Below are positions 12,701 to 23,254 of a stretch of DNA of 64,000 bases, piece after piece. Position 1 is the stretch's first letter. Each line of letters starts with the position of its first letter. The DNA comes from Balanoglossus misakiensis (Eukaryota; Animalia; Hemichordata), in contig CM082587.2 of NCBI GenBank assembly GCA_040954595.2, forward strand, positions 3,797,993-3,861,992, written 5' to 3'. The position numbers and the translations under genes were made by a program. The notes below the pieces were generated by a model that was given only the letters and a program-made list of their open reading frames with translations, was not told the origin of the DNA and did no database searches.

Positions 12701-15405
12701 CCTATATAAGAAAAAGTTTAAAACTTTGACTTTCAAGGGGCAGTCTACCTTAAACTACACCATCTTTTAATAGTTTAACTGTTATGTCAACATCATACCA
12801 ACCAAAAGTGTGTGGGATAATTTTTAAAGTTTACCCTTAAACAATTGGGCAAAACTGATATTGACATACAAATAGGCATTTCACATTATTGTGTTTGTCC
12901 ACTGTATTGATACCAGCCAGATTATAATCCGTTTACAAACATTCCATTGATTGTATTGTGTTTCCAGTTGTATTACAGGAAAGAGAATTTTGTCAATGTC
13001 CCCTATTTTTTTTAGCTTACAAAAATTAATGCAAAAGATAAACACCTGCAACTACTTATGCAATAGCACAAAATCCGGGTATAATCAGAGGGCAAGGCCT
13101 TCATACTACATTTTGTACACCTTTTCATTACTGTATCGATCTGACATTGTGTCATTTATTTAATCCCTCTCGTAGAAGGACACACTAGCAAACCTGCCTT
13201 GTTTTGGACAATGCCATGTAGACATTATCATAAACGTGATCAGCTATGATAAATTAACATGAAGAGATTGATCAGACTGCTATATGCACAGTATCAAAGT
13301 TCGCTGACCTACTGCCAACAATGCATAATGAAATGCATGTGATTGGAGTGGGTTGAGTTGTAGTATTCATATTCAAATGTCATCGCCATGAACGGAGTTA
13401 TTGTTCAAATCAGCTGCGAGTATAATGCATGTATAGTAGTTAGTACGACGTGGATGTAAGACTGCATTGCCGTACGACAAGTAAAAACGAAATGCTTGTA
13501 CTTAGCACAATGTGTGTGTGTGGCTGGGGAAAAAAGGGAGACTGGAACGATTATAATCATTAAACAGATGATCGCGGAATAGTCAAGAATTACTATCTGA
13601 AATGTGACACTTGTGATGTCAATTTCACAGTATTACATCAATAGCACACATTCACTTTCGTTCGTTACTGTGCAGTCGCTTGCATCTTTGAACATTTATA
13701 AATGTCGTGTTGTGGTCATTTCAGTTGTGATACAGTTCGGCATAATGTATGGTCTCTAGATTACAAATACAAACAGTCTCCAGACTCCAGTCTGTGTATA
13801 CACAATATACTAAGTACTCGTAGTATACATAGTACTCGCCTTTGCACTGTCACATCGCCAGGTCTTCTCAGGCCAGCCGGGATTGTGATCAGTCCGACCC
13901 CGAGGATCATCAGCTGGTAGGCCACATATTTTGCGTAAAAGTGCACCGTCTTGTTGCACTCGTACAATACGGGGATCAGTAGTAAAACTACTACGATGGC
14001 AATCTGCAGCCAGCTAATCTCCATCGTTCACGATCGATGATCGCCGCAGCAGCCCCACGTCCAACGTGTTGGAGATATGACAGTGAGAAAGTACAATAAG
14101 CTAGGGAGCTTTCTGGAACCCGCAACAAAAGTGTAAATTTACGACTGTGATACGAAAGAGGTTTACGTGGCAACGAGTGTGTTATTTTCTTGCACAGAAC
14201 CATAGACCCAGAGTTAAGTGACTTGTATATACACGTATTTATGAACGGAGACCATAAAACTTTGACAAATATCACATCAGAGTTTTTTTAAAGTAACCCA
14301 CAGGTAGCGAAAGTTATCTTGAAGAGTGTGAAAGAAAATCATCAAAAATGTCTTTTGCGATTTTATGAAACTTTGCATAAGTTGTTCGTTCGGGAAAATC
14401 TTTGAGTTTGAAATTTTTCAGCAACTTATATAGCATTGGAGTAGTAACATTGTAATCGCACGATTTGTGACACAGACTTGTACTGTCTACCCATAGATGG
14501 CTGAACCACGCTTGACTGATCTGTAGTATCGTGACCAACAAAGGGGCTTTGTATTTAAAAATCACAATCACTAGTGACCCAGAACTTATATGGGTTTACG
14601 GTTTATCGTTTCATGATGCACGATCCATCATAACAAAGTTAATCTGACCTGAATAACTGCGGCAACCGTTTTAAATGTCAATGTTTCTGAAACACGGTTG
14701 CCAGCCCTCGCCAAACACTCGGGTTAAGCGCCCCCAGCAGGCTGACATGCGGACTTGTTCTGTGCCTTTTTTTTTATTACTCACGCGCTCGCTCGCTCGC
14801 TCTCACTCACTCACTCACGGTTTTCATTTTAAACTTGCAGAAACAAAAAAAGATAAAGTTGATCCAGGCGCGGAAAAAGGAACTTAAACGTTTGCGCAAC
14901 GAGTACCGGAAATCAGTACGCGACAACGAATCGATCAAGTCGATGCAGTTGAAGAAAAAGAGGTAAGATATTGTGCGAAGCAGCGGAAAAACAGGTTACG
15001 CGAACTTCCTTTAAAAGTTATGTACAGTCAGTGTACAATCAAATATGCAAATTTGGCCACAGTTACCATGGAAAGATGAGATCAACCTCTTAAGTGCTAA
15101 CTTTCATTGTCTTTTACTTCAAACAGGACAAACCCAGGTGCAAATGTCGAAATCTCCGGAAAACGGAAGAGGAAACTTCTTCGGGCTGTCTTGAGAAACG
15201 AGAAAGAAAAAAGTCAGATGGAAGGTAAGTCGTTGACATTTGTTGAGTGACGTAATATATACTTTTAATGGTCGTAAACTATGGAAATTTGCCAGACGAC
15301 AACTTGTTTTCATTTTGTCTTTTTCTTGCAGTTGAATTTGTGACACCAAAATCTAAATCCGGGGCTGTTCCTAGTGGGGATGTGGTAATGAAGGACTCGG
15401 CGTGA
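6763..15405 (+). CDS. C11orf98: C11orf98-like small basic protein (111 aa). Exons 6763-6804, 14841-14962, 15127-15224, 15332-15405. Absent from the ORF track.
   Basis: Splicing gives [14 protein letters not shown]|[41 protein letters not shown]|[32 protein letters not shown]|[24 protein letters not shown]. This matches my recollection of human C11orf98 motifs ([22 protein letters not shown], EKxxMEV, DVEMKD). Donors are gtgagt/gtaaga/gtaagt, phases 0/2/1 agree, and AATAAA lies at 15467. Confidence 0.82.
8509..14024 (-). CDS. AGPAT2: 1-acyl-sn-glycerol-3-phosphate acyltransferase (AGPAT1/2, LPAAT), 274 aa. Exons 14024-13840, 12543-12407, 10518-10343, 10235-10140, 9335-9260, 8663-8509.
   Basis: PlsC motifs NHQTTID (motif I), GIIFIDR (II), VWIFPEGTR (III), [12 protein letters not shown] and VPLVPIV (IV), plus a hydrophobic N-terminus. 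Exon phases 2/1/0/0/1 close the frame. Intron 1 needs a GC donor. AGPAT1 and AGPAT2 cannot be distinguished; this is probably a pro-ortholog of both. Confidence 0.92.
10635..10765. repeat. Degenerate (TA/TG/TGTA)n low-complexity repeat in AGPAT intron 2
   Basis: Run of tatgtatatatacatatgtgcatgcatgtaaatatgtgtgcatgtatgtatg-type units. Confidence 0.6.
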
Positions 15406-16134
15406 TGAACCAATTTACATTTGTTTCGGATTCTTCTTAGTATATCTTATTTCTTTTATTTCCCCCAATAAACCTTTACTGGCCATTGGATTTTTGACTG
15501 CTGCAGACCGTGCTTATCTGCGTGTGAGCTCTTATTGTAGCGCGAATTTGGTACAGATCGGCCACTCCTATGCGTATTTTATCGCGATATTTTATCATTG
15601 AATTAATACGATAATATTGACAGCAGCAATATTGAACGCATCACTGACTTGTATAAAATGGAACAAATAATTAATCAACTTACACGACGCTTAATCAATG
15701 TGTCATTCAGCTTTAGATAAACAAAATAGATTGTGCATGGTATGCAACTTTTGATGTTCCATCCATACCCTATATACGGCTCTCAGACAGTTATTTTGAT
15801 GCCTCTGTCCTTGTGCCTATACTGTCTGTCTGTGTCGTGTCTACTGTCTCCCGTCCCCACCCCCTCTCTCTTATACCACACATATGAATGACGACGCGCT
15901 TTTACTTTTCTTTTCACCCGTTGCCATGACATTTCAATAGCGAGTGACGAGACTATCACGTGATTCTTACCACAGGAAAGATATTATTCGCTACGTATTG
16001 TACCGCCCTCCTTTATCAGAAAAGAGGAAGAAAACAGCTCACATTTCCAACATTGGTGAATGGAGACAGACCGCGCCTAATGAAGACACCGCGACTTGAG
16101 ATCGCTTTAGAATTTTTTCCTCGGCGATATCAAT

Positions 16135-19100
16135 ATGGCGACGAAAACGTTGACGGGCGACGGAGAGGCGAGAAAGCAGGCTGGATTCTGGTACCGCCAC
16201 AGCACCTTGGCTGCCAATCTGATACTGATCGGCGCGCTTATTCTGTACCTGACCGCCGGTGCCTTTGCTTTTCTGCACATCGAGGGAAACCACGAACGGC
16301 AGACGCTTGCCACGGCGAGCGAAATATCACGGCAGCACTCCGACGACATGATACAGAAACTGAGGAACATGAGCCGCGACGTTTTCACCCACGTCGCCAC
16401 CGACGAAAATTTCACCTCCATGTTGAGAGAGCAGATGGAGAAACTGGCCACTTCTTTGACGGCACTGTCGTCGTACGATTCTGGAAGTGGGAAAGGCCAC
16501 GTGAAGTGGACGTACGCGTCGTCGCTCTTCTTCTGCACGACAGTCATAACAACAATAGGTTAGTCCTCTGTTGTTGTGTTTTTTAAATCTCAAATCGAAT
16601 TGGTTTTTTACAGGATTCGAACACAGTACCACCTCACAAACCATGCAGGCAAGTCCGCGCATCAAACCACTGACGTTCACATTCCCCGCAGTTGAATGCG
16701 CCTTTCACAAACATTTCCCGCAAGCTTTACCGAAGTTTCCCACTCGCTCGACATCGGCAGTTTTTCATGTCTTCGTTGCAATTCAAACGTGTCTTATGTC
16801 GTCGTCTTGAGAGAAGAACGGTTGCGGGAGACACATTTTTGTATTTCCTTTGACAGAATGATGTCAAGGAAACACCCATAATTTGTTAAACTATCAGAGC
16901 GGAATGGCCAATTTAGTAAATTGGATAAAAGTGATCTGTCCTTAAGGCAGAATTTATTTTTGAAATTGAACACAAAACCCCTGACATTACACTCGCTCGG
17001 ACAGCTAGCACATACAGTAGGTTGAGATTGCGTCAGAAGTGTTTTAATTCCACCAGCTACAAAACTTCTCTTCTTTCACAGGTAAAACATCGTTAGACTT
17101 TTCCCCAAATTTCAAGCATGCACCAACAAAACCATTAGCCCATGACAAATGGTTTCTATTCTCATCGGTTGGTGCTATTAAAGTGATTGTTTCTCCGAAC
17201 TCTGCGTGTCGAAGAAAGAAGATGGCTCATTACCTTCGCTTATTTTCATTACATAGTTATTTTTAGCGTGGATTGCTCTCATTTGTTCTTTTAAGACGAA
17301 ATACACGCGGACGTACGGCAGGGGGTCGTTCATGCGCAAATTATATCCTCTGGGTGGGAAGGACAATGATTTGACTATGATCACACCTCACGACGTGTCA
17401 TTAGGTGTTTTGTTGTTGTTAAGATTTTGTCCATTTGGCGCAGTGATCGTTCATGATATACCATATATAACACCATTTGCTAGATTTAACAAGATAAATT
17501 TGGGATGATACTCCATTATTAAAGGGCCTTCCGAAATTGATTTCGAAATCATTAGAAATATTGGAAATTGAACTTTAATAATTTATTGCTGAGGACTTGG
17601 AGACACTTTCATCTGAATGATCGCAGATGTGCTGTTCTCCATATCATCGGTATATGTCACTAATACAAGCATCTGTTACCATGGTTTCTCTGTTGCGGCA
17701 GTTTTGACATTAGCACACGATGTATCGCACAGCATTAGGATATTGAAAAAAATCTTTTCATTATGAAGAGTGCATGCTTTATTATTTTCAATTAACGTCG
17801 TCACTTTGTATCGTTTGTTTGTTTGTCTTTAATATTCAATGATAGGAGTACGTCTACGTCATTAAGCGTTAGACTTGGGTGCGATTTCGGTAAATAGAAG
17901 TCATAGCGTCGTAAAGTCGATTGTATAAAGGTCGAAAGTAACACCACGGGCACAAGGACTTTAAAATATTTTACTCCTCTGGAGGGTCACCGATATTAGG
18001 GTATCGTTTGTCATGGTTTTAATGTTTTGTGGTTATTTCGTATATATACAGCTGTAAATGGGTCAGTTTTTTTACGAGCATTTTCTCGTTTATTGCAGGC
18101 TGGTTTGCCCATTGATCTGTGTAATTAGACATATATGCGCGCCTTAGAATCAATAATTACTGACCGTTCTCACTTTCATTACTTTCTTGCAATAAAATCA
18201 AATGCCGTATGTCTCGTTCGAAATTGCACACTAAAGCGACGGATCGCTGAAGGTTACTATATCCTTCAAATTCGTTTGAATCGACTGCCCTGAGGGAAAT
18301 GGCCTTGGTGTCCGCGTCTTGTAAGTCTGCAGTTGCATCACCATGGTTACAACTAACCGGCGGGTTAGGTTATTGACATCTTGTAAATGTTGAAGTTCTG
18401 TTTGCAGTCGACCTCTGTTATTCTTCCTTCTTGTGATCAATAACACCAGCTTGTTGACTTCAAGATGGCCCTGAAACGATTACAGTGTAGTTTATGGGCG
18501 ACTTATACGTTGACTATATGGATGAGATGCACGTATGTTCACAGACTAGACGAAGGGCTAATCTCATTAAAGGTATACGGTCACCTATACAAATTTAGCG
18601 ACAGTTACCATGGTAAATCGAGATCTAACCAATCACAGATTTTCAGTGGGTGGCACACGCGAAAATAAAGCGTTCTTTAGAACACTCAAATACGCCATTT
18701 CAACTATATATGGCGATATGTAAATTGGAGGTGACCGTATACCTTTAACAGTGATCGCAAGACTGTGTTCCAAAAAGAAATTAATCTTTTATTAGTCAGA
18801 CACTGTATTAAAAATGGAACGAATGGAATGATCGATCACGTGGGCAATAATTGCATTCTAACTTTTTATCTGTTGTTTGCGATTTATTAAGATGATGATG
18901 ATGGTGATGTCCACATCCAGAACACATTTGACAGCAAGCATTAGTAATATTTCACTTTCGATTTTAAGCGTTGAAAGTTATAAAATAAGTGCTTGCATTT
19001 CTATACCGCCGCCCATGCTATTAGTCTTACATTATAGGCAGTATGTACATGTTGATTTTTGATTCTAAATGTCAGATCAGCCACAGACAGTCCTGGCTAT

Positions 19101-20666
19101 TGCTGAAATGACGCAGATGAAATATGTTTAGGATATTTTTATTGAAACTCTGTTTCCTCTAAGTAATTACAAGCGACAATAAATCATGCTGTCCAGATTC
19201 GAAGGATTTATTGGAATTCATCTTGTGTCTTGAATTATGGTGGTTTTCGTAATTTTTATGGCTGCTCTGGGATTCCTCACACCGTATCTCATCGACCGGA
19301 TTAGGGCTGCCAGTAGTAGAAAAAGAAACGCGACGTAAAACAAGAAATGCACAAGGGAAATTCAGCAGGCTCATACATGATTTAAAAAATGTACGAGCTT
19401 AACTGCCGATATGCGGGGCGCACGTCGCTGAGTTAATTTAATTAAACGACAATGGCGGCGAAAACGTGGTGTACGAGAACAAGGCAGGGATTTCTTTGGG
19501 ATAAAAAAACTCCCAATGAATGCGAAATTAGGGGAGATATCATACATGCTCTGAAAGCATATCGTTGTTTCATGCGTGGGATTTGCATTGTGAGTTGTCG
19601 AATCAGGTTTATTCATAGAAGCCTAAGATATGGTTTTAAGATTAAAAAAGTTCAAGATCACGCAGAGCTTTCGCGGCACAAATCCTTTGTGAAGCCTGCA
19701 GCTGTGATCTTTATACGTGACGGTTCAAATTGAAGTGTCAAGTAGATTAATAAATTAAACCCACGTTCCGCGTTTCCATTGGCCAATAGACCATGAGTGC
19801 ATAATTATGTACCTTTACACTTGGGTTGATGGGAATTAAGGAAGTTTATCAGGGGTGCACGCGCTCTCATATTGTGATGGATGTGCGTAGCCATGTTGGT
19901 TGCCTTCACAAGAATAATAATATAATTCAATTATAATAATGTTATTATCTTTTTATATGTTACAGGGTATGGCAACATTGTACCAGTGACAGTCGCCGGT
20001 CGAGTCTTGTGTATATTCTATGCCATCTTTGGGATTCCTCTGTTGCTATTGGTCTTGTCAATACTCGGAAACAGACTCGCCAGCCCCTGCAAAGGACTGT
20101 GTTTGATACTGCTTTGCAAGAAAATGAAACAACGCATCTCAATGGAGATCCCATTAGTCGAAATGAGTACCACAGCAAGCAGCGAGCAGGTGTCCGTCGT
20201 TAAGACTAGCCACCAGGAGATCAAGAAGCCTTACTTCACCCGCTTCGGAGAAGTTTGCCGCGAGAAGTCGACCCAGACGGACTTCGCGAGTGACGAGAAG
20301 AACGAAGAAGCGACGAAGCACCAACAAGGCGGCACCAGTGAAGGCGATTCTCCCGGCGAGGGCGCCACCATCTGTTTGGTCGTCATCCTACTGATTCTGT
20401 ACTTGGCCGGCGGGGCGTTACTCTACTCCAAGATGAACAGCTGGTCGTACATAGACAGTCTGTACTTTGTGTTCGTGACATTGAGCACGATAGGATTCGG
20501 GGACATCATGCCCGAATCGAGAGTGGGTGGCAACATGCAGTTCACTGCGGCTATTTGTTTTATCTACGTGTTCATAGGTCTATCGATTATGTCAACCGTC
20601 TTTTCATTGGCCCAAAACTCTATTACGAAGACATTCAATTTGATAAAAGGCAAATGCAATGGTTAG
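16135..20666 (+). CDS. Two-pore-domain potassium channel (K2P/KCNK family, TRESK/TWIK-like), 374 aa. Exons 16135-16558 and 19966-20666.
   Basis: M1 helix, cap domain, pore 1 WTYASSLFFCTTVITTIG|YGNIVP (phase-1 intron inside GYG), M2 GRVLCIFYAIFGIPL, long M2-M3 loop, M3, pore 2 WSYIDSLYFVFVTLSTIGFGD, M4 and a short C-tail. AATAAA at 20903. Confidence 0.93.
18567..18748. mobile_element. Non-autonomous MITE with TTAA flanks (Kolobok/T2-like) in the K2P intron
   Basis: TTAA-AGGTATACGGTCACCT ... AGGTGACCGTATACCT-TTAA: perfect 16-bp TIRs, TTAA on both sides, no ORF. Confidence 0.85.
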
Positions 20667-21628
20667 TTATAACACTGGCGACTGTAGGGTGAATATAATG
20701 TAACAAATGAAAAGGTGTCATACACCTGTCCACAAATTGTTCATGTGTCTCTTTTTTAAATTGTACTATGAAGTGACTTTTTATACGTTATTTTATACTA
20801 GTCAACGAGTTCGAACGTGCCTGACGATTTCTGATTTCAAATACACCTACATGTGTATATTCTTTACATATATTTATAACTTATGTACACAGAGTTATAC
20901 GCAATAAATGTACTAAGAATCGATCTATCACTTGCTTTCATGTTTGCATAATTGTAGGAAGTCCGTATCATGAACCACAGGCAATCTCTCTCCCTCTCCC
21001 TCTCTCAGCTCATATTTGCACACATAACATAAATATATACGCACATGTGTATATGTACGGTTCAACAAGTATTCAAATACTGTAAAATCACAAGATTTCA
21101 CCTCACTTGAACACATTCCACGAACTATATTCAGATGTCTATGCTTATACATTTGTATTTCGTTTAGCGCCCCCAGCGGCATGTTGTAAAGATACGTACA
21201 CGCATCTGAAGAGTTCGTCGGCAAATACATGTACAGTACGTACACGGAATCAAATCCTGCAAAGAGCTGATATGTTATCGTGGACGGTTGGCAGATGGTG
21301 AATAAAAACGAGAGAATAAAAGAGAATATATAACAGTGGAAAAATCGCTCACGCATACATTCCCTATTAATGTGAAATGTTTGGCCTGTCATCATATAAA
21401 CTTTATGTTATAAAGCTCAGTACAGTGAGTGTATAAATTGCACGGTTACCCTGGCATAGATGTAAATCTTTATGTGAATGGAGACATAATTTTAAGCGGT
21501 ATTATTGGGTTATATTTCCGCCAGCTATTAGTCTGTCAAACTTTAAATCGATCGTTTTCGCGTATATACCGCCGACATGATGACCAAATGAGGTCACAGT
21601 GTCAGGTGATCAGGGACACCCCTGTTTG

Positions 21629-21664
21629 GTCACGTGACTCATAGTAATGAATTAAACATGGCGG
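21629..21664 (+). promoter_or_regulatory. Putative NCS1 proximal promoter motifs: CLEAR/USF-type E-box and YY1 site
   Basis: GTCACGTGAC at 21629-21638 and AACATGGCGG at 21655-21664, in a CpG-richer stretch ~170-200 bp upstream of the ATG. Confidence 0.45.
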
Positions 21665-21826
21665 TAGTGAATAGCGGCCGATGTCGCTGCTGAATGGTCT
21701 CCGCAGCTATTCTCCGTTCGCCGACAATTTTTACCGAGAGGAACCCAATTCACCGGAGGGGAAGCGAGGTCCGGGATATTTCTGAGCATCTGCTGAGTTT
21801 GAGCCGAGACTGGCGGACTCCGAACG

Positions 21827-23220
21827 ATGGGCAAGGGAACCAGTAAACTGAGCGCGGGCGAAATCAAGGAACTGCAACAGTGTACATACTGTAAGTGTCT
21901 GTCACCGTGCGTGTGCATGGAGTCTTTGTAATCACAACAAACGTCCTGTTGAATTTTCGTGGCAACATATTCCGATATTTCAGTTTATTCGTGACTTGCT
22001 AAAACCGCAGTATGTTCTTTACTTTTTTTCGTTATTTTCAATGCTTAATTCGGCTTCAATGCATTGCTGTCGATGAAATTATTTCTTGTGAGTGAATGCA
22101 GAGGCAGTGCGGAAAGCGTTCGCTACTGTCAAAATTGTAGACTGTTGTTACTATGCCTACGGGCAGCGATGATAGAGTCCTGATGGGTTAATTCTCAATC
22201 GCTCGCTGATTGTGCTAGCGCACACGGTAGCAGGGGACGCGTAATTTGGGAGTTTTTGCGAAGTGTGTGATAGCTAATGAATGAATTACTACTATGATTC
22301 ACATTCGAAGCCTGGGTTCGCTTTGAAATCATTCACCCGGCTTGCTTTGTTTGGAGTGTTAACAATAGAAACAAACGCTTTAACTTCGACCGTTCATGGC
22401 AAAAGTTTCACGTATTGACTGTCTCCGTCTGCATGAACAGGTCAATTTGTATTCCCTTTCCCAAATTACCATGTATCGTTCACAATGGACATTTTCCTGG
22501 TTAAAAAAATACATGCGAAATTGAAGAAGATGACCAGATCAATTTCAATGTAACTAATCAGTTATCTATAACACAGTCCCTCTTGAGGGACTGTGTCTAT
22601 AACTAGGCCGGTCGTGGTATTGTCTAGCTAGTCGACAATTTCTGCATAGATCATGCTGAAGCTTTTATCCCAGCGACAGTTTTGGTTGAATGCAGACAGT
22701 ATAAATTAAATGTGTTTTATGCATTGTGTCAACAGTGTGACCAATTTCGAAATAATTGCATAGATAAATAAAAAAATAATCAAAATTCTTCTTGAGTTGT
22801 GTGTACAAATGTTTTCTTATTCAGCTTGTCATAACCGTTTTCCAGTTTGTACTATCTAGATCTGAGGTGTGAGACATGATTAACGACAAGTGCAGATCTC
22901 ATCAGTTTTCCATTATTTTGATTACTACATAAATTTTACTTTGAAAGCAAATAAATGTCTTGTGAGTTAAATATCACCAGATCTATAGATCATCTTACTG
23001 TCTGGAATTTGTCCATTGCTCATTGGAGCATTAAGTTGTTAAAAAGGACTGACACATCTCATTTATTAAGAAATTCATTTATTTTCATTTATGAAAGTCT
23101 TGTGTTGGAAAAAATATTGCTCGTTGATTTTTTTGGGGGGTGGAACAAATGAAGAAAAGGCAGCAAGTACAATTATTTTCTGCATACCACATTGTGCTAT
23201 CTCGTGTTACAAATCATTAA

Positions 23221-23254
<34 letters not shown>

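Noticed and set aside
15960-16680. 208-aa, 146-aa and 117-aa ORFs overlapping K2P exon 1
   Set aside because: Alternative or antisense frames of the channel exon with no independent coding signal.
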